A DNA stretch of 64,000 nucleotides from NCBI GenBank assembly GCA_910583735.1, contig CAJTXS010000001.1:150197-214196 (forward strand), in the 5' to 3' direction. Under the pieces are notes generated by a model that worked only from the letters and a program-made list of their open reading frames with translations, did not search any database and was not told the DNA's origin. Both the position numbers and the translations under genes were made by a program. Positions 1 through 11,886 of the stretch are shown here, piece by piece. Within the stretch, counting starts at the first letter, position 1; each line of letters begins with the position of its first letter. Source of the stretch: an uncultured Christensenella sp. GTDB lineage: Bacteria > Bacillota > Clostridia > Christensenellales > UBA3700.

Positions 1-1734
1 AAGCTCTCAAGACAGATAATCGTAATAATATCCGTTACGCTCGTATTGGTGGTAGTGTTCAGTTGCGCGGGATTTTTGCTTGCGGGATACAACAGTACTC
101 GCACCAATATCAAGAATTTCGTAGGCGGATACGGCAATCATATATCCGAGTACAGAGTTATCGAGAATTTGCTTGAGAGCGTAGACAACTATGACGAGTC
201 CGCCATGTTTATAGTGATATATTCGGGCGACGGCTCGTTTATATCGACTAACAGCAGCGAGCGTTTGGAAGTTGACTTAAAGGAGTTGCAGCAGGTCAAC
301 GAACGCGGCTATGCTTACGACACCAAGAAGGTCGATGGTATACATATTCAATTTTATACAGAGCGAGTGAAAGTTTCGCCCATGGTAGATCGCACCGGAT
401 ATGTATATGTCAAGTGCGGCTTGCCCGTCTCTTATTCTACGCCCAAGTTCTGGATATTTTGTTGCAGCGCAATCATTGCGGCGCTTGCTTTGATTGTCTT
501 TGCATGTCTGCTGTTGCAGATGTACATCAAGAGGTCAATGAAGCCTCTGCAAGCGGTGCAAAAGGGCTTGCAAGAGATCAACAACGGTAATTACCGTAAG
601 AGCGAGATATCTACCGATTATGAGGAATATCAGGGCATCATAAGTCAGATTAACGATGTCGGCAAGCGCATCTCGGACATGCTCAGCCATACTCAATACG
701 AGCAGAAGAAGACGGACTTCTTGCTGGATAACATAGGGCAGGGCATCGTCGCATTATCCGAAAATCTCAGCATTATGCTCAATAACAGCGCCGTATTGCG
801 CATATTCGGCGTGGATTACAATACGGTCGGAGTGCCGATATCTACGCTTGTGAGCGATAAGGGCGTGCTCTCTATGATAGATAGCGCAATCGAGGAGTCT
901 TGCGACAAGGAGTGCGAGATGAGGCTGGGCGGCAAGATATATAGGGTAGAGACCAGACTTGCTCATACTACTTGGTTCGAGAATTTGGGCAGTATAGCCC
1001 TCATGTTACTGTTTACCGATATCACGCAAGAGATCAGGTCGGGAGAGATACGCAGCGAATTTTTCGCCAATGCTTCGCACGAGCTTAAGACGCCTCTTAC
1101 CGTAATCAAAGGCTATTCCGAGTTGCTCGCTCTCCCCGGCATAGGAGAGAAAAAGATAGGGAAGTGCGCCGAGGAAATTAACGCCAACGCCTCAAAGATG
1201 AGCATGCTTATTAGCGATATGCTGTATATGAGCAGACTTGACGCCAATATAAAGAACGAAAATATAGAATCCGTCGATATCGGCGGTCTGTGCCGAGAGA
1301 TATGCGATGAGATGTCTATATCTGCGTCCGTATCGGGAGTAAAGATATATTGCGAAGGCAGCGCTAAGGCGCAGTGCTATCCCAAGATGATTGCAACCGC
1401 GGTGACCAATCTTGTGAGCAATGCGGTCAAGTATAACAAGGTCAACGGCAGCGTGTGGGTCAATGTGAGCAGCGCCGCCGGCAACGCTGTCATCGAAGTC
1501 AAGGACAACGGTATAGGCATAGCCGAAGAGAATGTCGACAGAGTATTCGAGCGCTTTTATAAGGTAGATACGGCAAGGACGAGGAGCGACGAGGTGAGTA
1601 CCGGCTTGGGACTTGCAATCGTAAAGCACATTATCGTCAATATACACGGCGGTTCTATAGCATTAAAGAGCGTACTTGGCGAAGGCTCGGTATTCAAAGT
1701 CGAGTTGCCGCTGGAAGCTAAAGGAGAGAATTGA
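1..1734 (+). CDS. Sensor histidine kinase (TM-HAMP-PAS-HisKA-HATPase); 5' end probably lies outside the window
   Basis: Frame 1 is open from nt 1, and the track ORF start at 46 is an internal TTG. H-box '[14 protein letters not shown]', N-box '[10 protein letters not shown]', G-boxes 'DNGIGI' and '[10 protein letters not shown]'. Two hydrophobic segments flank an extracytoplasmic stretch. Confidence 0.85.
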   Translation, partial: KLSRQIIVIISVTLVLVVVFSCAGFLLAGYNSTRTNIKNFVGGYGNHISEYRVIENLLESVDNYDESAMFIVIYSGDGSFISTNSSERLEVDLKELQQVNERGYAYDTKKVDGIHIQFYTERVKVSPMVDRTGYVYVKCGLPVSYSTPKFWIFCCSAIIAALALIVFACLLLQMYIKRSMKPLQAVQKGLQEINNGNYRKSEISTDYEEYQGIISQINDVGKRISDMLSHTQYEQKKTDFLLDNIGQGIVALSENLSIMLNNSAVLRIFGVDYNTVGVPISTLVSDKGVLSMIDSAIEESCDKECEMRLGGKIYRVETRLAHTTWFENLGSIALMLLFTDITQEIRSGEIRSEFFANASHELKTPLTVIKGYSELLALPGIGEKKIGKCAEEINANASKMSMLISDMLYMSRLDANIKNENIESVDIGGLCREICDEMSISASVSGVKIYCEGSAKAQCYPKMIATAVTNLVSNAVKYNKVNGSVWVNVSSAAGNAVIEVKDNGIGIAEENVDRVFERFYKVDTARTRSDEVSTGLGLAIVKHIIVNIHGGSIALKSVLGEGSVFKVELPLEAKGEN

Positions 1735-2681
1735 TGAAATATCCTATGAAGTTATCCCCCTCTGTAAAGGATTATGTATGGGGCGGAAGCAAACTTAAGA
1801 GAGTGTGGGGCAAGCGTTCCGACAGTGATATTATAGCGGAGAGTTGGGAGCTTTCCTGTCATAAGGACGGTCCGTGCGTAATAGAAAACGGCGCGTATGC
1901 GGGTAAGACTCTTGCGCAGGTATTGGACGAGTATCCCGACTTAAAAGGCTCAAGATGCGATAAGTTCGATTTCTTTCCCATACTGATTAAACTCATAGAC
2001 GCGCAAAGCAATCTCTCGATTCAAGTGCATCCGAACGACGATTACGCTCTCGAGCGCGAAGGGCAGTACGGCAAGACGGAGATGTGGTATATAGTTGACG
2101 CCGAAGAGGGCGCGGGCGTATACTGCGGTTTCAAGAGCGCTATGCGCAAGCAAGACATTGTCGATATTCTCAATCAAGGCAATATTACCGATTACTTGAA
2201 TTTTATAAAAGTGAGTAAAGGCGATACGATATATATTCCGTCCGGAACCGTGCATGCAATATGCGGCGGACTACTCATATGCGAGGTACAGCAGAATTCG
2301 TCATTGACGTACCGTCTGTATGACTACGGCAGATTGGATAAGTCGGGTAATAAGAGACAGTTGCATATCGACAAGGCGGTAGAAGTAATCGACAGCGACA
2401 TCGTATGCGCTAAGAACAGCGAAGTAAAGGATATCGGCGGCGGGGTAAGAGAGCTTGCCGAGTGCAAGTATTTCACCGTGTCGGAGATTACTGTGTCCGG
2501 TGAACTTGAGTTGAGGGTCGTAGACAGCTTTATATCGCTGACCGCTGTAGAGGGGGGCGGCGTCATTGTGTATGACGGCGACGAGTACGAGATAGGCAGA
2601 GGAGACACATATTTTCTGCCCGCCGATATGGGCAGAGCAGCGCTTAAAGGCTGCATGAAAGTAATATCGGCTAAGATATAG
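1731..2681 (+). CDS. manA: Mannose-6-phosphate isomerase, class I (cupin type)
   Basis: Motifs 'YVWGG', 'ESWE', 'QVHPND', 'KTEMWYI', 'GTVHAI'. 316 aa, as in Bacillus-type Pmi. ATGA overlap with the kinase stop, and AAAGGAGAG upstream. Confidence 0.85.
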   Translation: MMKYPMKLSPSVKDYVWGGSKLKRVWGKRSDSDIIAESWELSCHKDGPCVIENGAYAGKTLAQVLDEYPDLKGSRCDKFDFFPILIKLIDAQSNLSIQVHPNDDYALEREGQYGKTEMWYIVDAEEGAGVYCGFKSAMRKQDIVDILNQGNITDYLNFIKVSKGDTIYIPSGTVHAICGGLLICEVQQNSSLTYRLYDYGRLDKSGNKRQLHIDKAVEVIDSDIVCAKNSEVKDIGGGVRELAECKYFTVSEITVSGELELRVVDSFISLTAVEGGGVIVYDGDEYEIGRGDTYFLPADMGRAALKGCMKVISAKI

Positions 2682-2823
2682 ATAAATCGATTACTCGAGA
2701 TGTCCTTATCGGACTGCTATAATTGCCGACGGCAGGCAAACAATAAGTTAATAACAGTGTCGTTAATCGCAAGATAACTAACCGAATTCGTTAAATTAAA
2801 TAATAAGTAAAGACAAATAAATA

Positions 2824-2846
2824 GCGCCGCACTTTAAGTGCGGCGC
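2824..2846. terminator. Bidirectional rho-independent terminator between convergent manA and the YegP-domain gene
   Basis: Perfect 9-bp GC-rich stem GCGCCGCAC/GTGCGGCGC with loop TTTAA. T-rich runs follow on both strands. Confidence 0.7.
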
Positions 2847-2867
2847 CGATTATTTATATCGAATACA

Positions 2868-4208
2868 TCAGTCCTTATCTGTGCTGAGATCCTCGATGAA
2901 GTTGGCGCTTTGAGCGAAGGACTTAACGGACTCGGCAGCGCTTTCGGCTCTGTCCCATGTCTTATAGCTTTCGCCTACGCCGAGCAGAGTACCGTCCTCT
3001 TTGTACAGCTTGTAGCGGAAAGTACCGTTCTTCTCTCTGTCGATAGCGATTTCGCCATGCTGAACAGCTTTCTTGAAGGCGAGTATAGACGCTTTCTTAG
3101 GCTTAATCTTATATCCTTCCGACTCGTACAACACTTGACCGTTGTTAGCCTTAAGCTGGAATACGTAAGGCTTAACGGGATTGTCGCCCTTTACGATGAC
3201 GAACTTGCCGTAGCTGGGAGTAGCGGGCTCATTGCCGAGCAAGATTATATTGTCGTCTTCGACCTGCTTGGGAGCGACGTTCTTTACGGGCTTGGCAGTT
3301 GCCTTAGTAGCCGCGGGCTTAGCGGTCGCGGCAGCCTTATTAGCAGGAGCAGTCGCCTTGGGCGCGGGCTTCTTGGCGGCAGGAGCCGCTTTGGTAGCCG
3401 CAGGTTTAGCAGTTGCAGTAGTTTTCTTAGCGGGAGCAGCCGCTTTAGCTGCGGGCTTAGCCTCCGTCTTCTTGGCAGCGGTAGCCGCTTTAGCAGCAGG
3501 CTTCGCTTCGGCTTTCTTAGCAGGTGCAGCTTTAGTGGCGGGCTTGGTTTCCGCTTTGGTTGCCGCAGTCTTAACGGGCGCCGGCTTCTTGGCGGGAGCC
3601 GCTTTTGCTACAGGTTTTTTCTCTGCGCTCTTCTTTGCAGTTGCCACGGGTTTCTCCTCCTTGACGGTAGATACCGGTTTAATTTCTTCGGCGGCAATTT
3701 CGTCTTTACCGTCGTCATTTACTTCCTCGTCGGCAGGGGAGACGGGTGCGCTTTCCTCTGCGACAGGCTCGGCGCTTTCTTCGACATACTCCTCTATGTA
3801 TTCGGGCTCTACCTCTTCGTATACTATGTATTCTTCGGCAGGCTCTTCCTCGACTTCTTCGATTTCCTCTACGGTCTCTACGTACTCCTCAACCTCTTCG
3901 CTATTATCGCTCTCAACTTCTTCGGCGACTTCCTCGACGGCTGCGGGCTCTTCTTCGGGAGCCTCCTCGTTGGCGGGGGCAATGTGCTCGTTGCCTATAT
4001 CCGCTCCTGCGAGCTTTTGCTCGTTCTCGGCGACCATGGCGGCTTCTTTAGCCTTTTTCTTCTTTTTACGGCTGATTTCCGATGCGGTTATCGCAACTAT
4101 GATAACCAAGATGATGACAACGGCGGCAACGATGAGATACCAAACTTTTAAGTCAAAAGTTCCTATTTGAGTAACCGATCTTGTCATAAAATCTATTAAT
4201 TTGTCCAT
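2868..4208 (-). CDS. Membrane-anchored protein: N-terminal TM, Glu-rich block, Lys/Ala/Pro-rich block, C-terminal tandem YegP (DUF1508) repeats
   Basis: GAGGAG lies 6 nt upstream of the ATG. aa 23-41 are hydrophobic, aa ~76-175 acidic, aa ~177-315 degenerate KPAAKAA-type repeats. aa ~334-432 match the YegP pattern ('PYVFQLKANNGQVLYESEGY', 'TFRYKLYKEDGTLLGVGESY...AESAAESVK'). Confidence 0.85.
   Translation of the reverse strand: MDKLIDFMTRSVTQIGTFDLKVWYLIVAAVVIILVIIVAITASEISRKKKKKAKEAAMVAENEQKLAGADIGNEHIAPANEEAPEEEPAAVEEVAEEVESDNSEEVEEYVETVEEIEEVEEEPAEEYIVYEEVEPEYIEEYVEESAEPVAEESAPVSPADEEVNDDGKDEIAAEEIKPVSTVKEEKPVATAKKSAEKKPVAKAAPAKKPAPVKTAATKAETKPATKAAPAKKAEAKPAAKAATAAKKTEAKPAAKAAAPAKKTTATAKPAATKAAPAAKKPAPKATAPANKAAATAKPAATKATAKPVKNVAPKQVEDDNIILLGNEPATPSYGKFVIVKGDNPVKPYVFQLKANNGQVLYESEGYKIKPKKASILAFKKAVQHGEIAIDREKNGTFRYKLYKEDGTLLGVGESYKTWDRAESAAESVKSFAQSANFIEDLSTDKD
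3279..3653 (-). repeat. Degenerate in-frame tandem repeats encoding the AKP-rich (histone-H1/AlgP-like) block
   Basis: Repeated GCxGCxGGCTT/AGC-type units on the + strand. They also create the spurious long + strand ORFs 2838..4151 and 3232..4170. Confidence 0.6.
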
Positions 4209-4368
4209 TAAATTCTCCTCAAATACTTTTTAATTATATATATTATAACAACAAATTATTATAAAGTAAATTAATAGAGTACATTATATTGTCTAATCCG
4301 ACAAAATTTTACTGTAAAATAATGTAAATTTTTATATCTTATGCGCGTTTCGGATGCGGATTAATTAC

Positions 4369-4397
4369 TTGCAAAGCAGTCCGTATTAGTATAAAAT
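4369..4397 (+). promoter_or_regulatory. Candidate sigma-A promoter TTGCAA-17-TAAAAT abutting the ZIP transporter start
   Basis: -35 at 4369..4374 and -10 at 4392..4397. The second in-frame ATG (4404) lies 6 nt after the -10, and no SD is present. Confidence 0.4.
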
Positions 4398-5147
4398 ATG
4401 TATATGCTTAACGCAATACTATGGAGCGTAATCGGCGGCGTCGCGGGTACTTTTTGCGGCGCTTTGATAGCCGTTTTGACGGGAGATAAGGATAAATACG
4501 GAGACTTCATGCCCTGTGTGATGGGGCTTGCGTCGGGCTTTATTATAGTGGTTTTGTTCAGCGACATGATTCCCGAAGCTATCGAAAACAGCGGATTGCC
4601 CGCGGTTGCGGGAGTGGCGGCATTAGGTTGCGCGTCTGTATGGGGAGCGAGCGCATTGCTCTCTCGCTCTCGCAAGCATAAGCATGCGACGGTAAGCGGC
4701 GACGCTTGTGCCGAGTGCAGGCGAGCGGGTTTGATATTCGCTCTCGCGCTTACGCTGCACAATCTGCCCGAAGGTATGGCAATGGGCAGTATAGCAGGCT
4801 CGGACAACGCCGCCATGCTCGCGCTGTCTGTCGCTTGGCACAATATACCCGAGGGCATGGCGTTGACCGTGTTGCTTTGCAAGGGCGGCTTCGGCAAGGT
4901 AAAGTCTGTGCTTCTCACCGTCGGCGTAGGAGCGGTTACGGTCTTAGGCGCAGTCATAGGTTACTTTATCAGCGAGATATCGCCCATGTTCTCGGGAGTA
5001 TGTACGGCGCTGTCGGCAGGCGCGTTGCTGTATATCCTGTTCGGGGATATGCTGGCGGACGCATACAGGGAGAGTAAGGGTAAGAATGTTTCTATATTTA
5101 TCGTGTTCGGCGTGTTGCTCGGCTTTCTGATAGCGGGGGTGCATTGA
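4398..5147 (+). CDS. ZIP-family (ZupT-like) divalent metal transporter
   Basis: Duplicated 'HNLPEGMAMG' / 'HNIPEGMAL' motifs in a polytopic protein of ~8 TM. The start may be ATG 4404 (leaderless candidate). Confidence 0.8.
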   Translation: MYMLNAILWSVIGGVAGTFCGALIAVLTGDKDKYGDFMPCVMGLASGFIIVVLFSDMIPEAIENSGLPAVAGVAALGCASVWGASALLSRSRKHKHATVSGDACAECRRAGLIFALALTLHNLPEGMAMGSIAGSDNAAMLALSVAWHNIPEGMALTVLLCKGGFGKVKSVLLTVGVGAVTVLGAVIGYFISEISPMFSGVCTALSAGALLYILFGDMLADAYRESKGKNVSIFIVFGVLLGFLIAGVH

Positions 5148-5148
5148 T

Positions 5149-6138
5149 ATGGATACTCTTATATTGAGCGGCAATAAAGCCATAGAGCTCGGCGCGCAGA
5201 TAATTAAGTCGGGCGGAATAGTCGCCTTTCCCACGGAGACGGTCTACGGACTGGGCGCGTGTGCTTACGACAGCGACGCCATAGCCGCGGTCTTTGCCGC
5301 AAAGGGCAGACCGATGGACAATCCTTTGATAGTGCATCTGGCAAGCGGTAAGGATATATTGAGCGTGAGCTGTGGCTATGATGAGCGTTATAGACCGCTT
5401 ATAGACAAGTTTATGCCGGGTCCGCTCACATTGGTGGTCAAGAAGCGCGCCGATATCCCCGATTGCGTAACGGCGGGACTGGATACCGTAGGTGTGCGAA
5501 TACCTTCGCATGCTGTTGCAAGGGAGTTCATCGAATCGTGCGCTGTGCCTATAGCGGCGCCGTCCGCCAACCTGTCCACTAAGATAAGTCCCACGTCGGC
5601 AAGACATGTATATGAGGATATGAATGGCAGAGTGCCGCTCATCATAGACGGCGGAGATTGCGATGTGGGCATAGAGAGCACCGTGCTGGACATCACTGGC
5701 GACATACCCGTAATACTGCGTCCCGGGGCGGTGACGGCAGAGCAGATAGCGGACGTGCTCGGTTCGGTTAAGACGCACGAGGGTAAGATAGTCGCGGCGG
5801 CTCCCGCTCCGGGAATGAAATATAAGCATTATGCGCCGGTATGCGATTGTGTCGTGGCGTCGAGCATAAGCAGCGCCGTCGAAGAGTACTGCAGGAGAGT
5901 AGATGAGGGCGGCAATCCCGTCATACTGTGCAAGAGTGAACATATCGGCATATGCGGCGATATCCATACGATTGGATTGGGCTCGGACGATAACGAGATA
6001 TGCAGGAATATATATGCGGCGATGCATGCGGCGGAGAAGTCGTACGACTGCATTATATGCGAAGACTTGGGGGATAGCGGATTACTCGGCTCTGTAATGA
6101 ACAGGGTGAATAAATCCGCCGGAGGTAAAATAATATGA
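5149..6138 (+). CDS. tsaC: L-threonylcarbamoyladenylate synthase, long Sua5/YwlC form
   Basis: 'AFPTETVYGLGA' and 'KGRPMDNPLIVH', with a C-terminal Sua5 domain (329 aa). It starts 1 nt after the ZIP gene stop. Confidence 0.9.
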   Translation: MDTLILSGNKAIELGAQIIKSGGIVAFPTETVYGLGACAYDSDAIAAVFAAKGRPMDNPLIVHLASGKDILSVSCGYDERYRPLIDKFMPGPLTLVVKKRADIPDCVTAGLDTVGVRIPSHAVAREFIESCAVPIAAPSANLSTKISPTSARHVYEDMNGRVPLIIDGGDCDVGIESTVLDITGDIPVILRPGAVTAEQIADVLGSVKTHEGKIVAAAPAPGMKYKHYAPVCDCVVASSISSAVEEYCRRVDEGGNPVILCKSEHIGICGDIHTIGLGSDDNEICRNIYAAMHAAEKSYDCIICEDLGDSGLLGSVMNRVNKSAGGKII

Positions 6139-6587
6139 GAGTGCTATTTGTATGCAGCGGCAATACGTGCCGCTCTCCCATGGCGGAAGAGCTGGCTAAG
6201 GTCAAGTTCGCAGCGGCCGGCTTGCAGGTAGAGGAAGTTGCGAGCGCGGGAGCTCATTGCGGCTTCGGAGATCCGATATCCGTCAACGCGGCGGCGGCGC
6301 TTGCGGAGAGGGGGATAATATCCTTCCGCCGCTCGCAGCCTATTACCCAGAATTTGGCTGACAGGTACGACCTGATAATCACGATGACGTGGCAGCATAA
6401 GTCGGCTCTCGCGCCCTTTGTGGACGCGGATAAGTTATACAGCATGAGAGAGCTTACGCCTCTGGGCGATATTCCCGACCCGTACGGCGGAAGTATGGAC
6501 GATTATCGCAAGTGCGCGGACGTAATAGACAAGTCGCTCGATTATGTCGCAGATTTTATACGCGAGAGGACTAAGCCGCGTAATTAA
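6135..6587 (+). CDS. ywlE: Low-molecular-weight phosphatase, YwlE-like (protein arginine phosphatase type)
   Basis: P-loop 'VCSGNTCRSPMAE' (CX5R) and 'DPYGGS'. ATGA overlap with tsaC. The order tsaC-ywlE-rpiB matches Bacillus ywlC-ywlE-ywlF. Confidence 0.75.
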   Translation: MRVLFVCSGNTCRSPMAEELAKVKFAAAGLQVEEVASAGAHCGFGDPISVNAAAALAERGIISFRRSQPITQNLADRYDLIITMTWQHKSALAPFVDADKLYSMRELTPLGDIPDPYGGSMDDYRKCADVIDKSLDYVADFIRERTKPRN

Positions 6588-6664
6588 TCTCGTTTTTACT
6601 TTCGGGGCTTGATTAGAATTAAAAATAGTGATATAATTATATATTATAAAGGTAGGGCATAATT

Positions 6665-7111
6665 GTGAAGATAGCGATAGGTTGCGACCACGGCGGATAT
6701 GTGCTCAAAGAGGGCATAATTAAGCTGCTCGAGGGCAGAGGCATACAGGTATCAGACAAGGGCTGCGGCGGAGAGTCCGTCGATTATCCCGACTACGCTC
6801 TTGCTGTGGCAAAAGAAGTGTCCGACGGCAGTTCAGACAAGGGTATACTCTTATGCGGTACGGGTATAGGTATATCTATCGCCGCCAATAAGGTGAAGGG
6901 CATAAGATGCGCGGTATGCCACGACGTATTTACCGCGAGCATGTGCTCGGCGCACAATAATGCCAACATCTTGGCTATGGGCGGCAGAGTGATCGATCAA
7001 GACAAGGCGGAGGCAATGGTCGCCGCTTGGCTCGATACGCCTTTCGAGGGTGGCAGGCACTGCGGCAGAGTGGATAAGATTACCGCTATCGAGCGTGAAT
7101 ATTTTAAGTAG
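6665..7111 (+). CDS. rpiB: Ribose-5-phosphate isomerase B
   Basis: 'KIAIGCDHGGY' and 'CGTGIGISIAANK'. GTG start 7 nt after AAAGGTAGGG. Confidence 0.9.
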   Translation: MKIAIGCDHGGYVLKEGIIKLLEGRGIQVSDKGCGGESVDYPDYALAVAKEVSDGSSDKGILLCGTGIGISIAANKVKGIRCAVCHDVFTASMCSAHNNANILAMGGRVIDQDKAEAMVAAWLDTPFEGGRHCGRVDKITAIEREYFK

Positions 7112-7122
7112 AGGTCCCCTTA

Positions 7123-7457
7123 ATGGCAGAAATCAACAACGAAGAGATATCGCAGGTACTGTCGTCGATTATCGATGCGGAGCGTAAAGCCGACGAGATA
7201 GTCGCGGCATCTCTTGTCGAGGTCAAGAAGATTGCCGCGGAAGCCGCAAGTAAGGTCAACGTCATTAAAGACAACGCCGAGACGGCTGTTAAGAGCGAGA
7301 TGACAGAGGCGCTTAACAATGCGGGGTATGTCGCGGATTCTCAATGCGAAATCATTAAGAATGAGCTCGAAGAGGAGAAGAAGGCGCTGCTTAAGCTCAG
7401 CAAGAGCAACGGGCAAGAGGCGATAGATTATATCGTAGGGTTGATTAAGGAAAGCGT

Positions 7458-7461
<4 letters not shown>
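7123..7461 (+). CDS. V-type ATPase small coiled-coil stalk subunit (G/H-like; position of Enterococcus NtpF)
   Basis: First gene of the operon. 112 aa, charged, predicted helical, AGAGGT SD. Assignment rests on position and composition only. Confidence 0.5.
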
Positions 7462-10003
<2,542 letters not shown>

Positions 10004-10004
10004 T

Positions 10005-10589
10005 ATGAACGGTAAGCAGACCATAATCGACAAGATTATCCGCGACGCCGAGCTCAAGGCGGAGTCCAATGTGAGCGCCGCCAAAGAAAAGGCGGACGCG
10101 GTAATTTCGCAGGCTCAAGCCGACGCGGAGGCGATGCGGGCAGAGAAGCTCGCCGATAAGACGGAGCAGACCAACGAGCTCATCCGTCGCAGGCGCAGCG
10201 TCGCGCTGCTGGATAAGAAGCGCGCAATCTCCGCCTACAAGAGCGAGCTTGCCTTGGCTGTATTCGACGAGGCTATAGACGCCTTTAAGTCGGATAAGAA
10301 GCGCTATAAGGCTTATATCGAGGAATTGCTCAAGACCAACGCAGAGGACGGAGACGAGATAATCGCAAGTAAGTACGACGAGTCCGTAGTTACGTCCGCA
10401 ATGGTTACAAAGGTCGCCAAGGCGCTCAAGATTAAGCTTGCATTATCGGATAAGTCGGGAGACTTTAAGGGCGGACTTATTCTGTCCGGAGTAAATTACG
10501 ACAAGAATCTCACGCTCGACGATATAGTGAGGCGTATTCGCCAAGACAGCGAGACGCAGGTGGCTAAGATACTTTTTAAGGAGAATTGA
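10005..10589 (+). CDS. ntpE: V-type ATPase subunit E
   Basis: 194 aa with a long charged N-terminal helix ('IIDKIIRDAELKAESN...') and a globular C-terminus. Operon position supports the call. Confidence 0.8.
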   Translation: MNGKQTIIDKIIRDAELKAESNVSAAKEKADAVISQAQADAEAMRAEKLADKTEQTNELIRRRRSVALLDKKRAISAYKSELALAVFDEAIDAFKSDKKRYKAYIEELLKTNAEDGDEIIASKYDESVVTSAMVTKVAKALKIKLALSDKSGDFKGGLILSGVNYDKNLTLDDIVRRIRQDSETQVAKILFKEN

Positions 10590-11566
10590 TGGCGGACTTG
10601 GTCTATATCAACTCAATAGCGCGCAGCCTCGAGAATTCCTTGCTCGGCTCCGAGAAGATTACCCGTATGGTATTCGCGGATAGCTATGAGGACGGCATGA
10701 AGGTGCTCGCAGAGAGCGGCTTCGGCGGCGGCATGACCGACGGCGGTCATGAGGCTATGATTGCCGCAGAGGACGACAAGTTGTCTCGCTTTATGTCCGA
10801 GGTCAATTTCGGACACGGTATAGACAGCTTCGGCGTGAGAGGGGATTATCACAACGCCAAGGTCTTTGCCAAGTCCAAGTACGCCCGCATAGACGATGTC
10901 TCGGCTATGCTTGCGCCCGCGGGCAAGCAGAATATCTCCGAGCTTAAGGATAAGATATTCAAGGACGATTATTCTTCGCTGCCCAAGCTGATGGCGGACG
11001 CGCTCAAGGATATAGACGTAGCCTTTGCAAGCGGTAAGCGCAGCCCTAAGTATATAGACGAGAGATTGGATAAGGCAATGTATGCCGACGCTCTCGATAT
11101 CGCAAGGAAGGGCAAGAGCGACAGTATAATCAAGTATTGGCAGATAGAGATAGATTACGCCAACGTATCAGACTATCTCAGATGTAAGTTTGCGGGCAAG
11201 AGCTTGTCTTATATGAAGTCGGGACTCATTGAAGGCGGCTCTATAGATAAGGATATCTTTGCGGACATGTACGACGAGCCCGAGGATGCTTTTATCGACA
11301 AGATGAAGTTCACTTGCGTAGCGGACGGAATAGCGGAATTTGCCGGCGGCAATCGCTCGTTCGCCCGTCTCGAGGCATGTAAGGACAATGCGCAGCTTAA
11401 TATATTCAAGCGCGATAGGTACGATATGTTCGGCGTCGCGCCCGTAGCAGGTTACTATATCGCCAAGAAGACGGAACTTAAAGCCGTGAGGATGATAGCC
11501 GTGCTGCTTAAGATTAATGCGGATAAGTCGCTTATTAAAGAGAGGTTGAGGGAATTTTATGCGTAG
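10589..11566 (+). CDS. ntpC: V-type ATPase subunit C (d-type)
   Basis: About 325 aa. ATG 10589 overlaps the ntpE stop (TGATG), with AAGGAG 5 nt upstream. The track start 10586 is a TTG. Confidence 0.8.
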   Translation: MADLVYINSIARSLENSLLGSEKITRMVFADSYEDGMKVLAESGFGGGMTDGGHEAMIAAEDDKLSRFMSEVNFGHGIDSFGVRGDYHNAKVFAKSKYARIDDVSAMLAPAGKQNISELKDKIFKDDYSSLPKLMADALKDIDVAFASGKRSPKYIDERLDKAMYADALDIARKGKSDSIIKYWQIEIDYANVSDYLRCKFAGKSLSYMKSGLIEGGSIDKDIFADMYDEPEDAFIDKMKFTCVADGIAEFAGGNRSFARLEACKDNAQLNIFKRDRYDMFGVAPVAGYYIAKKTELKAVRMIAVLLKINADKSLIKERLREFYA

Positions 11567-11885
11567 CAATAAGATTGCCGTAATAGGCGATAAGGATATT
11601 GTCTTGGCTTTCAAGGCGGTGGGTATGGACGTATATTCGGCGTCCGATGCCGCAGAGGCTGCCTCGGCGCTCAAGAGCATTGCGCCTAAGTACAGCATAA
11701 TTTTCATCACCGAGGACTTGGCGCAGGACAATTGTCAATTGATAGACAGGTATAAGAGCAGGACATATCCCGCCGTAATCCCCATACCGCCTCCCTCGGG
11801 AAGCACGGGATTCGGAATGGCAGGGATAAAAGCAGATGTGGAAAGAGCCGTAGGAACGGATATATTGTTTAATAAGGAAGACTGA
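11559..11885 (+). CDS. ntpG: V-type ATPase subunit F
   Basis: '[22 protein letters not shown]', 108 aa. Confidence 0.8.
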   Translation: MRSNKIAVIGDKDIVLAFKAVGMDVYSASDAAEAASALKSIAPKYSIIFITEDLAQDNCQLIDRYKSRTYPAVIPIPPPSGSTGFGMAGIKADVERAVGTDILFNKED

Positions 11886-11886
11886 T

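Noticed and set aside
2838-4170. Plus-strand ORFs of 437 aa and 312 aa (plus 3746..4051) opposite the YegP-domain gene.
   Set aside because: They are mirror images of the Glu-rich and AKP-rich repeat DNA and translate to Ser/Leu/Gly/Ala low-complexity strings. The minus-strand ORF has an SD, a TM helix and a recognisable YegP domain.
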